From Vermamoeba vermiformis (lineage: Eukaryota), in NCBI GenBank assembly GCA_045837725.1, contig JBEWZL010000308.1:1-64000 (forward strand): 64,000 bases of DNA, given 5' to 3'. How positions within the stretch are numbered: position 1 is the first letter of the stretch; each line of letters opens with the position of its first letter. Shown piece by piece: positions 50,699 through 63,250 of this stretch. The translations under genes and the position numbers were made by a program. Below the pieces are notes generated by a model. That model saw only the letters and a program-made list of their open reading frames with translations. It was not told where the DNA came from and made no database searches.

Positions 50699-52675
50699 AT
50701 GACAGACAATAATATTGCTACTCAAGTAAGTTCTATTAAGTAGTATAGCGTGAATCGGAACGAGTCTGAATCGAAAGAAATTTCTCAAATCAATTATTAA
50801 TTCAGAATTATTCTTAAAATTAGGTAAACGAGTTGAAAAATAAGGGCAACGCATGCTTTCAATCAGGAAATTACGAGGAAGCAATTCAGCATTTTTCTGC
50901 TGCGATAGCTCTTGATCCAAGCAACCACATTCTCTACAGCAACCGTTCAGGCAGCTACGCTTCATTAAAAAATTACATAAAAGCTCGTAAGTATATACGG
51001 TTCAATTTTGATTACTGTAAGTCTTACACGTCTGTTTCAAAGTTGAGGATGCGGATCGGACTATTGAATTAAATCCCAATTGGGCTAAAGTAAGTAATAT
51101 AATTAATCTTGACAATTTAATCGGATTCTGCTCGCGAGCGACTTCGTAACTAGCCCGGATCTGATCAAGAATTTCCTAGGGCTATTCACGTAAAGGAACG
51201 GCGTTGTTTTACATGGAAAGATACACCGAAGCATTGAGCGCATTCAACGAAGGATTGAAACTTGAGCCTGAAAATGCACAACTAGCTCAAGGCTTGCAAC
51301 AGGTGCGAACACGTTAAAGTTCGTCAACGCATTTAAAACTTATTATTAACAGGTTCAATTGGCGCTTAAATCATCGCCGATTAAGAAAGGAGTTTGGGGT
51401 CAAATGTTAACTCCGTATAATTCAACTAAGCCTTATCCGATTAACTGGAGCATGTACGTGACAAGATTTTAATGCCAAAGTCGGTTTATTTAATAATTCT
51501 GCTGTGTAGGGTCGATGAAATGGTCGATTGGTTCATTAACAAGGGTTGTGCTGGTATATTCGCAGTATCTCCGACCAGCGAGATGTCACATCTGACCGAA
51601 GACGAGCAATTGCAACTCGCTACTGCGGTGGTCAAGTAAGCGATTCGGCGTGCACCATTGTTACGACGAAAAAAATATTCATTTGATGGTTTAGGCGAGT
51701 AAACAATCATCTGCCCGTCATCGCTTGTGCGGCGATTGGATCGTCACTTGAAGCGAAGGCTGAAAGTATCAAAGTAAGTCATTTAGCACAAAGTAATTAG
51801 CAATATTAATACTGTGATAGAAAATGCACGCCACTGGAGTATCGGCAGTCATTTTGCCAGTCAATCAAATCATTGCTAATACAGACAGCGATGAGGAGTT
51901 CAAGTCGAGACTGGAGTCATTGTTGAAGTTAACGGGAGATATTCCGCTCGGTATCTTAGAAACTTCCGGAAGATCTCTTAGCGCTGGTACGTCGCGGTCA
52001 AAAAACGAAATATTTTTCTAATGCCACGTAACAGCTACTTTGGGCTGGATTTCATCGACCACAAAGTTCGTGCTGTACATTGATAACTCGAATTCAATTT
52101 CCAAGATCAAAGAGAAGCTTGAAAAGGTCAATTCTAACCCGGGCCTGAAATATTGGATCACTAGCCCGACACTCTTGATGGAAGCGCTCCGCTTGGGTTC
52201 GTAAAAGAATATTATTGCCCAAAATAGAATTTTAAATTTGACCCTTTGACAGGTGTCAATGGCTTTACGGGCACTGCTACGTGCTTCTATCCTCAATTGT
52301 TTGGTAAGATAAAGAAACGAATCATTGGATCGTGCGTCGTTTACTTACGTCGTTTTAGGGTGGTTGTTTGAGAATTATCACCGAGCTGACAGAGAAAATC
52401 CCGAGATGATTCAACGCTTCTTGTCAGTTTCGCAGCTCGCTGTTGACAAGGGATTCCCATTAAGTGCAAAGTTGTACCTTCATTTCGGCGAGTTGAACAG
52501 AATGGACGGCGTGACACGAGTGCCGCAACAACCAGGTTTTGAAATCAACGAAGAAGACATGCTGCGTGTCAATCATTTACGCGATCTTGTGCACTTCATT
52601 TCCTTGTCCCTTGACGAAGAGAAGAGCAGCAACAAAGTAGCGTCGAAGAAAAAAGACAACTCCACCTTGCTTTAG
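50699..52675 (+). CDS. Hop/STI1-type TPR domain fused to a DHDPS/NAL-family (class I aldolase) barrel
   Basis: VNELKNKGN...DPSNHILYSNRS...PNWAK|GYSRKG...EGLKLEPENAQLAQGL. Then GVWGQMLTPY, VDWFINKGCAGIFAVSPTSEMSHLTEDE, LPVIA, IPLGILE and NGFTGTATCFYP. Exon phases join. Confidence 0.8.
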
Positions 52676-52959
52676 AGAGCTTAAATGTTGGCATGTCTAA
52701 CTCGTTGCATCATGTCCACGAAGAAAACCAGCCAGTGTTGGTTTGTATCTTATTTTGCTTGCAAGACCTGATAAAGTTAACGGATCTTCTAACAAAAATT
52801 GCAGTTTTTAATTTGTTCGCTAACACTACACAAATGAATGTGATATTAAAGTGGACTCCTCAATTACGAGTAGTTTGGTCAATATCTTATGGCCTTCGAG
52901 GCAAAATTTCTCATGGCAGTGCAACGAATCTCCGGATAAAAAGCCCATCTAACCTAAAA

Positions 52960-55446
52960 ATGGCATATCTCTTTGCAAAAAATCAGGAATTTATTCAATT
53001 TGCATCAGGTAATTATGGCAGCTCTAATGTCAACTGCAGGCAATTAAAATTAATTCTTAAGCAGTGCCTTCTCGACAATTCTCTACAACTCGTGAGGGGT
53101 AGGCAATGTACACATTCCTTATCTAATTTTAATGCTTTTACAATAGTGTAAAGAAAACTAGCCTACCTGCAGGCCATGCTTCGGAATTTTTGGATCGGAT
53201 CGGATCTCCCGTCGACGATGCAGACAAACTGGATTTTTCTGGTTTGGTAAGCAGCTGTATGTTTTGATTTTGGTTTGCATCATATATTCATTAAATTTAG
53301 GGCTTCGCGTGTTGGGTGATGCTAGATCTCTATTCGATGCAAATGAAATAGGGTCTAAAGTAGTTGAAGCAGCGTTCCTTACAGCGTTCCAAAAATTTAG
53401 ACCAGAAACGAAACGTAAGCGCTATGAATTTATTTGCGTACTTTATAAGCTAACGATTACAATTTAGCACGCGAGTGGTTGCACACGGATGTAGCGGACT
53501 GGTTAGTTCAGACAAGGGGCTTTCCAAATGGTCATCCTTTTGTGCAAGGCATTCGTGACAATCCTTTACTTTCTGCTTCTATGGTTCCATTGGCCGCCAC
53601 AAATCCGCAAATATTGGCTGAAAATGGCGTAGATCCGAATTTAACGGAGTTTTTAGCCAACGAGGTTACTAGAATTGCTAGAGGTACGCCTGAATTATAC
53701 TAAGCTTATAAATATTAATCGACTTATTTAGAATTGGCTTTTACAAACACAACTTGCCGTCTTTCGAAGCGTGACATTATGCGAAGTATTGCAAAGCATA
53801 AAGCAAGGGTCAAGGAAGTTATAAAGTTATCAAAAGACAAGGACTATCAGAAGAAGCTATTTCCATTTATTGTGAATCCGCTGCCATTGGCTACTTCTGA
53901 TCCAACACGCTGGCAAACGTTTCATTTTACGGATTTAATGAGCAACTCAAAATTGAATAACCTTGCCGGCAGTATTGCAAATTCTGTCAGTGGTGATGCA
54001 CAAAAACGAACACTTACAAGTATCATCCAAAGTAAGTAAACTAAACGACCAAATGCCTATTCTAACTATTTGCAGTGAGTGGAGTGGGTAAAACTCATGT
54101 GTCTATAGTAATGGCAAAGAAGTATGGTGGCTTAGTTATTCGAAATGTTCAAAATGTCCACAACAAAATATTTGCTTTGGCTAAAATGTTTGTGGAAACC
54201 AACAAGTATTTGCTTCTGGGTGCTGACAGTGACAGAAATGTCGAAAATTACCATGCAGAATCAGCATTTTTAGAATATGCCCAACGTACACTTATGCTCA
54301 TTCCCCTGACATTCTTGCAATTTGTGGATTATTATGCAGGTAAGTAGATCAGTTCTTGGGAATGCTGTTACTCATCTATCTGTTGAGCAGCTACAGAAGA
54401 GCATACCAACACAGCTGATTTTCGAGAAGAAATTGTTCGAGTAACCCTTTCTGGTGCAAATAATCTCATTCTCCAAATGTATGAGAAGAATTTGAACCTT
54501 GTTGCAAAAGACAGAAAATTCAACCAGTTCTTTGAAGAGATGCTTCAAGTAGCAAAAAAACGAGGAATCACAATGATAGTTTATGATGAAATTACTAAAT
54601 GGGAAAATGCACTTTTGGGCAGCTTCATTCATGATAAACGAAAGGATATGACAGAAGCTCAGCTTGTGAGTAATCATTTGACTGCAAATATGACCAACAA
54701 GTTTGATAGCTAGAGAGATTGAGAGAAGAGCAAAGAAACACTGAGACAAGTACTCGACGAACTTCTTTGCTCTATGTACAAATCCTTGCTATGGAAAGAA
54801 TTGCAAGGGCAGAAAATCCCATTGCTGTAAGTGATTGATTGTCATAAGCTAAACTTATTTTGTTATTTAGCAAGTTATTGTCTCCTCAAAATACTCTTCT
54901 CCTGCCCTTGGTGATGATAGCTATTCAAGACACAGGCTTGCAATGACAATGGAGCCTTATGACCAAAGCCCTGCTGAGTTGTTAAAGCGCTTTGAGTGTG
55001 AGATGAAAAAAACCTATGGTGCCAAGATTAGTTATCTTTTTACAAAACACAAACCAGCACTTTGTCGTCTTGCAAGCAGACCAAGTTACTTGTGGTCATT
55101 TTTTGAAAAGGTTAGTAATCAGTTTTTTTCTTGTTCTTACCAATTCAACAGATGCCACCACCACAAATAAAAGACTTTAAGCAGTATGTGGATAAATGGG
55201 TGTATGAAGTTGAAAAAGCAGCATTTCTCCAAGCTAAACAGTAGGCTGATAAAGCAAGAAGACTTGGAGAGATATATGAAGTCCTGGTATGTTGAATCCC
55301 TCTCACAATATAAGCTAAAAATACCAGGATTTAGCCAAAGTAATGGTTCAAGTTGCCTTTGGAATTTCAAGCAATACTCAATTGAAAGAATAAGTAGTGT
55401 AGCAGCAACAATTTGTAACCAACTTGTTATTAAACAGAGTTTTTAG
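52960..55446 (+). pseudogene. Disrupted SAM-like + P-loop NTPase gene (possibly Crinkler/RHS-like)
   Basis: PREWLHTDVADWL (SAM-like), Walker A SGVGKT and Walker B MIVYDE. There is a frameshift near 54708 and an in-frame TAG at 55242-55244 within an otherwise spliceable exon. Confidence 0.6.
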
Positions 55447-55503
55447 TACTTAATCTACCCATTTCTGCAAGATAATAGTGCTAGATGAATAATATGATTA
55501 CAA

Positions 55504-56811
55504 TTATACTTTGTACACAACTTGACCGTGAAGTAACGGCGCTTGTTCTGAAGTTTGAATGATCTGAAAAACAAAATAGAAGTTAATCACTGAAATGCCG
55601 TGTTTAAATTAATACTTAATTAAATAATTATTTTAAGGGTTTCGTTATATTATTTTGCTATAAAGACGGTCTAACTAGAAATTCAAAAGATTCGACTTTT
55701 TCGGATCCGAAGTTTTGTACTAGCAATTTGTGCAGCGATTTAAAATATTATATATACGTACTCTGTATTCCCGAGTGCGAGGACCATCATTCGCAGCCAC
55801 ACCAGCGGCAACACAAACACCGCAGCAACAAACCAAAATCAAAATGATCGGCAGAGCCACGCAAACCAAGACGAGAATAATAACGACGACTACGAATACT
55901 GCAATAGTCATACCCAAAATTTTAGTTCCGTCTTCGGCTGCTTGCGCTATTGAAAAAGGTCAGATCCAAATCCGGGATTTGAAAATGTACTTACAAAAGC
56001 TGCAATCGTTGCCAGACCATCTATAAATAGTGTCATCGCATGTACAAGTCAATGAGGTAATATTGCAACCGCCTTGGCCGGAGCACAAAGAAGGACAAAA
56101 TGCTAAAGTAAAACAAGCGATCAGATCGGGTATTAGCAATGCAAAACGTCTAATTAAGTAAGAGCAAATAGAATACATATCATAAGATAAAATATAACGT
56201 ACTTGCACAGCTTCCAGGGCAATATTGGATCGCGTAAGTGTAATTTACGTTGTCAGCGTAGATTCCGATGTAGTAATCGCCTTTTGCTTCGTAACGACCA
56301 ATAGTATAGGTAGTACGATATCCAAAACCCGATTTGACGGTAAAGTCGGAGCTATTGTATGCCACGAAGAACTGGATTCAAAGATATTACCGTTAATAAA
56401 AATTAGTGATAAAATGTATGGAGATATTTGACGTGCTAAATAAGCACATTTAATTAAAGTAATTAATATAGGGTAGTATTAATATAATATTAATCCCGGG
56501 ATTGAGTTCTAATTTTCGGGCGATTGTTGCAAATCTGAACTTTCAATCAACTCTTCAATTCAGTCATATTTAATTATTATAATTACCTTGGCTGCATAAT
56601 CACTATCCACGGGAGTCATACGAATTAATTGGATTTGATATGAAGTGCTGCTGGTAGAATTTAGATGGATCTTGTAGGTGGTCATGTTAACGCCATTATT
56701 CGACTCCACACTGCCATATTCAAGTGTATTAGGTGGCAGTAATATTTGTCCTGCTGAAAGCGCGACTAAAATAAATAATGAAAGTGCGCTGACTACAGAT
56801 CGGATGGCCAT
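55504..56811 (-). CDS. Type I membrane protein with EGF-like domain
   Basis: Signal peptide MAIRSVVSALSLFILVALSAG, EGF-like CPSLCSGQGGCNITSLTCTCDDTIYRWSGNDCS, long TM segment, juxtamembrane CCCGVC and a cytosolic tail with EQAPLL (dileucine-type motif). Confidence 0.8.
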
Positions 56812-57150
56812 GGTTAGATTTGGCTTTTGTTGGCGTACAGTTAAAGCCTAATATGACCTATGGTATGCAGTTTTGTATGTTAAAAATATTCGTGTTTCTA
56901 CACTAAACAGGGTTTCATTTTTTCGGGCTTTAGAAAACTTGAAAAACCACGCTGTGAATCCGATCGTGAACTGCGCAAATGGGGATACGAACAGCTGGTA
57001 TTAACATTATGAGAGTAGCAGCTGAGAAAGCGCAGAATATTCGGAAATTTCAGTTCCCGCTCTTTTTGAAGATAAATAAGAATTATTTTTTGTCAGATTT
57101 GCAAGTTGAAAGTGTGCAGCACCACGAGAGGCTTATTCTATATTTTTTAG

Positions 57151-60100
57151 ATGTCCGAACCAACAAATAATACCGATAAAACCTCAAAAGAGGTAACGCA
57201 TCATGAATTTTCTTCACATCTAATACTTACGTGTCCTTTTGATCAGGATAACAAAACCAAGCCTAATTTTCGTCGAAAAAAATCAAATTTGAATAATGGT
57301 TGGCCTGACGTTCAAATATTCGACCTGGTATTGCCTCCCAAGCAAGTAGATCTGAGTCAATTTGAAGAGTATTTAACGAGTAAGTTGATAAATGTATTAT
57401 CCTTATACGATGTATCATATGGTATTTCGGTCATAATTACGAATTAATTAAACTTGATTATTTATTTATTAATTATTTTTCACTCCGCAGTCAAGTGCAA
57501 TGACGGCGCTGAAATATTGATCCCAAAATTAGTAGCAACATCAACTTCATTATGGATGCGACGACTATTGTCAAGTAAGTCTTGGATAACCCCAGATGCC
57601 GACCCAAACTAAATTTTAAGTTTTGTTATTTTTGCTTGGTCTCAGCTTACCATCGGAAATTTAGGCGATTTTAAGGAAAAACAAACGTTGTCCGTTGAAT
57701 TTAAAGAATTCTCCGGCCTGATCTTGGAAGAAATCCTTCGTTTTTGTATTCAAGGTACGCAGCTCCAGATCCGCTCAATTTAATATTCAAAACTAATCTT
57801 AGATCATTAGATTATATTGTTAATAAGCCGAATTACGATGAAGACGTTGAGGGTAAAAAGCAACAGCCTCGTGTCGTATTTCAATTTTACATTCATCCTA
57901 GCGTCGTCATGGAAATGTTAATGGTACGAAAATATATTACTACATTAGGCAATAATTATAATCATAGTTACTAATTAAATTTTAAGGCCGCTGATTTCTT
58001 GCAAATTCCATCACTGCTCGAATTATCTTCGCTAATGTTAGCTCATTACATTGACTGTAAGTCCCATTAAAAATATCATATAGTAGAGTAATACTAATCG
58101 TATTTATCGATATATAGATGTTCCATCGTTTGCCGGAATTGCACCGGATCTTATTCTCGGAGTTTTCGCACGTGTCAACCCGATTAAGTTGTGCGGTCTA
58201 GAAGACAGACCTGAATACAAAGCGTTGAAATTAGGTACGATATTATATAAGACCGGGACCCTTAATATACAGATCATATTAATATTGTTATTATTGTTAT
58301 AGACACCGCGCCTATTTGGTACAAACATTGCATCAAAAAAGATTACAAAGCGTTAGGCCCTGTTTTTAGCTGGGACAGAAATCCGATACTGAAGCAATAT
58401 TTGGATTCACTATACCCCGAAAAACAGACTAAGACAACCCATATATATAACTACGATCAACATCATCAAGTCGTGGAAGATCTGCATTCAGTTGATTGGA
58501 AGAGAATGTACCTCGAGCGAGACCTTAATTTGCGATTGTTTTTCTTGGAATACTCCAATGAAAAGCACGCAAAGATTAATGGCGAAAATAACGCGAATAG
58601 TAATAATAATAACGTGATGACTTCGGATCCAAACCCGGATGTGGGACCTGAAGATGATGACGACGAAAAAGTTGATATTTTAGATCATTTAGATGATGTC
58701 GCGCCATATATAAGGTAAAGAATCGATATGAAAACCGTTCAGTGAAACTAACGAAATTTCATTTTTTTTGTAGTTACCTCAAAGTCACGATGTCAAACTT
58801 CAATCTCGCTCCGTTCATCGAACACTTGACTAAGCTGCAATTATCAAAGTTCCAGTTGACTAAAGAGCACGCGCAAGTCATTTCCAAGTTGAACAAAGTC
58901 ACGGATCTACTTTTGACTGAAATGGTAAAAATATTCATATTCTTATATTAAGTCCTAATATCGATTATATGTAGAATATTAGAGACACTACAAACGTTGC
59001 AACTATTTTGTCATCGTTAACGGTATGTAAATACGAGAAAAAGTATACCGAAGTATATACTAAGAAGTATTCATTTTTAGAACTTGAACGTCCTTGATTT
59101 GAGCGATAACGAGATCGATGATAACGGAATTGTTCCGCTTTGTCGAGTATTGGCAACAAATAACTCGTTATCGCGGTTAAGTATTGCGTACAATAAGCTT
59201 GGCGGACCATCGATGGGACTGCTGTTTGCATCACTTAAGAAGCACGTCAATATCGAGTTATTAGATATTTCGCATAATAATATCTTTGCAATGGGTAGGT
59301 CATATTATATATACCTTAGATACCGTATTCTGATTATTCCTAATGCTTGTAACAGACGTCGAAGAGGACCGTTTCCGCGACTTGAAAAACAACATGACTT
59401 TGAAGCACTTAATTCTCGATGAAAATCCATTGGGTGTGGATGTAGTTCATAAGTACGTATTATTATATAATATTATATTACTAACGGTTCTTATATGTTC
59501 ATGCACATTTTTCACGGTTACTTTTATTTTCGCAAGGCTAACTTTCATTTCCTTTTTAGGGCATTTTTCAACTTCAAACTTGCCCGTCATTCACCAACAG
59601 CGCTCAACGCACTGTTCGCCAACATTCCAAATCAGCTCTTGTCGCTGTCACTTCGCAGCACAGATCTGATCCCCGAGCACATGAACACGCTCGCTACTCA
59701 TTGGACTACGAACACGTTGATGCAACTTGAATTCTTTTCGATATCGAATAATGAAGTGCGCGATGAAGGTGCTCAAGCATTGCGCGATGTTTTGCAAGTC
59801 AATCGCAGCATCAAAATGTAAGTCAGATCCAACGGAGAAAATTAGCTCTACTATTACTTTCTATCATTATATACTATCAAGTAGTTAGATGTATGACATA
59901 TCTTACGGTATTTTTGTCACAGCTTGGATCTGACCAGATGTGATCTGAAACAACAAGGCGCGGAAGCACTAGCAGTCTGTTTGCAATTGAACGATTGTTT
60001 AGAGCACTTGATACTAGACCGCAATAAGATACATAGCACTGGTACTATTAAGCTAGTTGAGGCTATTAAGAAGAACCCTAACCGTGGCTTGAAATCATTG

Positions 60101-60223
60101 CACTTCAAATTGACCGAGACTAACAACGACGTGACAGTGCGATTAGAAGAAGAGTTGGAAGCGATAGGCATTATTGCTTATACTGATAGTACCCCTGATA
60201 CCACTTGGCGATACAAGCGTTAG
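57151..60223 (+). CDS. Elongin-C/Skp1-like POZ + BC-box/Elongin-A-like segment + RI-type LRR protein
   Basis: VKCNDGAEILI, GDFKEKQTLSVEFKEFSGLILEEILRF, FYIHPSVVMEMLM|AADFLQIPSLLELSSLMLAHYID|YVPSFAGIAPDLI, IWYKHC and WKRMYLER. LRRs include LDLSDNEIDDNG, LSIAYNKLG and LILDRNKIHSTG. Confidence 0.8.
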
Positions 60224-60282
60224 AAAATTAATAGGTTATTTTACATAAACGTGTATTTACAAGTGTTGGTATGATTCGTTTT

Positions 60283-62401
60283 TTAGACTTGCGGATCTGT
60301 TGCCGTAACTTTTTTGACATCTTCGTTTTCGGATGGTGTTGAATCATTCGAGTTTGATCGATAAGGCGTGCACCATAGTAATGTAATGTAGAGCCCACTG
60401 TATAATAGAAGAGCGTACGTTATTCCAATAAGGCTGGTAATAATGATTCCTGCGGCGTTACATCCGACTCCAAGCCCGACCGCTGCAATTGGATCTGCCA
60501 AACAGTTGTCAATCTCTGATAATTAAGACATCGTATATAATGTATATCATTCAGTTCCTACTTACTCCATGACATTTTAAACGAGATGCTCTTGCAGATC
60601 GAGCCTATGAACATGAAAGAAAGGAACCAATGCTGGAACGGAAATAAACTTCCTAATAGCAGTAAATATAATTCTGGGTCTAATCGCTGTATTGCGAATA
60701 GAACGCGTCGCAGGAAACCAATGGTTGACTCCATCCGGAAATTGTCAAATTCAGTTCGCTTTTATCGATAAGATGCTCTGTGGTTATGTTACCATACAAA
60801 AAAATAGACCAATTCAATTGATTTGCTAACAAAAAACGGTTGTGGTATGACCTACAAAATTGAGTGTGTACCACACAATCGTTAGAGGTCATACGGGAGA
60901 TTTTGGCATCAGTTTTAGTAATTCGATTTGCAAACGACAAAATTTGACTGCAATTCGGTAAGAAATAGTTGTGACAACTCTACTTGAATTTTACACAAAC
61001 AGCTTGATCAGATCGTCGTTGGTTACGTTTAATGCAGGGTCAAGCTCTTGTACGTAATAAATGGTACAGGTTATTTATCATTTCCTGACTAATTAAAAGG
61101 TAGATCCAAATTTACTAGCATTGTGAAAAATCGATGTCATTTAACATCGGAAATAGAAGACAGTATAATTACATCGTTACTATTTATAAGCACTCACTCA
61201 GTCTACTCGCAGTTTGTGCTGTTCTTTCGCCAACAAATCACCGAACATTTCCGCAACCGTCAAATGACCCCATAAGAGCGCTGGACCTGTCATAATGCCA
61301 AGTGAAACCGATGACACTAATAAGAATTATATTAATAATAAAATAAATATAACAATAACAAAATTTCTTGGAGTTCGATCAAACGAAAGAAATTATACGA
61401 TTTAAATTTAATTTTTTGTACGGATGCACCAGGAAATTGTTATTTTTAATAGACTTACCAATCGTACAAAGAGCAAGTGCAGCAAGTGCACTAATCGTAG
61501 CCTTCTTATAATTCGATCGAGCCATAGGACCAAGGGATTGCCAGATCTTTCGAACAGTTGTCGTATTAAATATGCTGGTCCATTTGTTCTTATGATCTTG
61601 ATTCACTAATGCATATGCAGCTATTAATGGCGCAAAAAATAGCACTAAAAATGCGGCCAAAAATGGCGGAGCAGCGAGGACCGTAAATGTCAAGAAGTTT
61701 GAGTTTTGGAATAAAGCTGCTGGGATAGATATAAATAAAACAAATAGCGCTGGTGCGATGAGGATCCATATGCCATCTTTTAGTAGTGTTGATACTCGTT
61801 CGCTTTTGTAAGCTGGCAAGATGTGCATGTTGATAGCGGATGGACTTAAAATTTTGTCTCTATAAGCATTAATAGCAAAGCCTAAGTAAAAATGATATTA
61901 TTTATGAGGTTTGTATTATATTAAACAATTTGCATATCAAATTAAGGTAGATCTAGCGGAGATCGAATTCGGATGCATCTGTTTTTCATTTATGTGACTT
62001 ACCGTTCAATATAAGATAGGCTGCAATATCTACAAACGGAATAAACATAGTGAGTGATAGGGCCACGCTCCAAGACCAAAATCTCTTAAGCGGAAATTTT
62101 GTTGGTGTGACTCCGATCCCTAAGTTCATTAGATTAGACTTGAATAATTTTTAAAAATTATTTAAAAATATATTTGCTTACGTATGAATGGTACTCTTCC
62201 CCAAGTGTTGAACAGATTTCTGACACTGTATGGATTTGTTTTTTTGTATTCCGTGTACGAGCCGATATATCGTTGCTGGATTGTATTAACACTAGATTTC
62301 TTCGCCAAAATCAACGAAAATATTGGCTTATTATTTGCTATCTTTTTGGCGGCTACTCGAACTGCACCAAGGCGCAGGCCAGAAGAAAATATTTTCAACA
62401 T
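60283..62401 (-). CDS. Multi-pass membrane protein with a mitochondrial-presequence-like N-terminus (possibly DUF4013-like)
   Basis: Basic, acid-free N-terminus MLKIFSSGLRLGAVRVAAKK. Several TM segments, including FIPFVDIAAYLILN|GFAINAYR...LPAYK...LLKDGIWILI. Confidence 0.6.
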
Positions 62402-62649
62402 CTGTTGTTAATGAATGAAATTGTTAGATCTCTAGTGCAAAAATATGATCATATTTGTATTGGATAATTATTCTTATAATTTTAAGATGACGTGTAAAGT
62501 TTTATCGAAAGGATTCAGTGAGCTCAAAGGTGAACTCCTTGGCACGTCACCTTCGATAATTACCTTATGATTTTAATGTAAATAGCAGTTGTGCTTATGC
62601 TTCTTTACATTTGAATTAATTCAGTAATTATTTGTTCGCAAGAAAAAGG

Positions 62650-63250
62650 CACGCAAAATTGATCTGCGAAGATTGCGCCTTATGACGCAAGAATAGCCAG
62701 CATAGTAGCTATCCACAGGAAATGTTATATTTATTAATGAATATGAGCTCAATTTATGGTAGCTAAGAGCATTGATTTGGAGCTGCAAAACTAAATCAGC
62801 GTGTAGGAGAAGATCCGCCGTTACAAAAATTATTCCACGATAATACACGGTAAGTACGATATTACTAATGTGGTTGCACGTTGTTGCAGCTTCATCCTAA
62901 TTTTACAACAAAAATTTGATTATTACGTCAAAGTACTTCGCTATCTTACAGCCATCATTATAGTACTAATCACATATTAAAAGCAAATAATTATTGCTAA
63001 ATAAAAGATCGTGTTTTACTTGGATTTGTAACTGGATCATGACTTTCCTCGATCCAATTTTTTGATGTATTCTATTTTAGGTACGATACGATTGCTCTTA
63101 CTCGCGTGACAAAGCTCCCAAGACTCATGAATTAGTGCAGTTACTAATGAGTCGCGACATCCAAGTCACGGTTGGACGATCCTCTCAACCTGGAAACTAA
63201 CTGGATAAAGAGGCCTGTTGATCTTAGTTATCATTATTATGACTACAAAG
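62650..63250 (+). pseudogene. Probable decayed protein kinase remnant
   Basis: Only with several 1-nt frame corrections does it read ICE(G)LRLM(H)...LSTGNVIF...VAKSID(F)GAAK and, after introns, ELVQLLMSRD..KSRL. Splice signals are present (GTAAGT at 62849, TTTTAG at 63080). Confidence 0.35.

Noticed and set aside
63100-63215. Several short hairpins suggesting a structured RNA
   Set aside because: The stems are only 5-7 bp and the region is better explained as a decayed coding exon.
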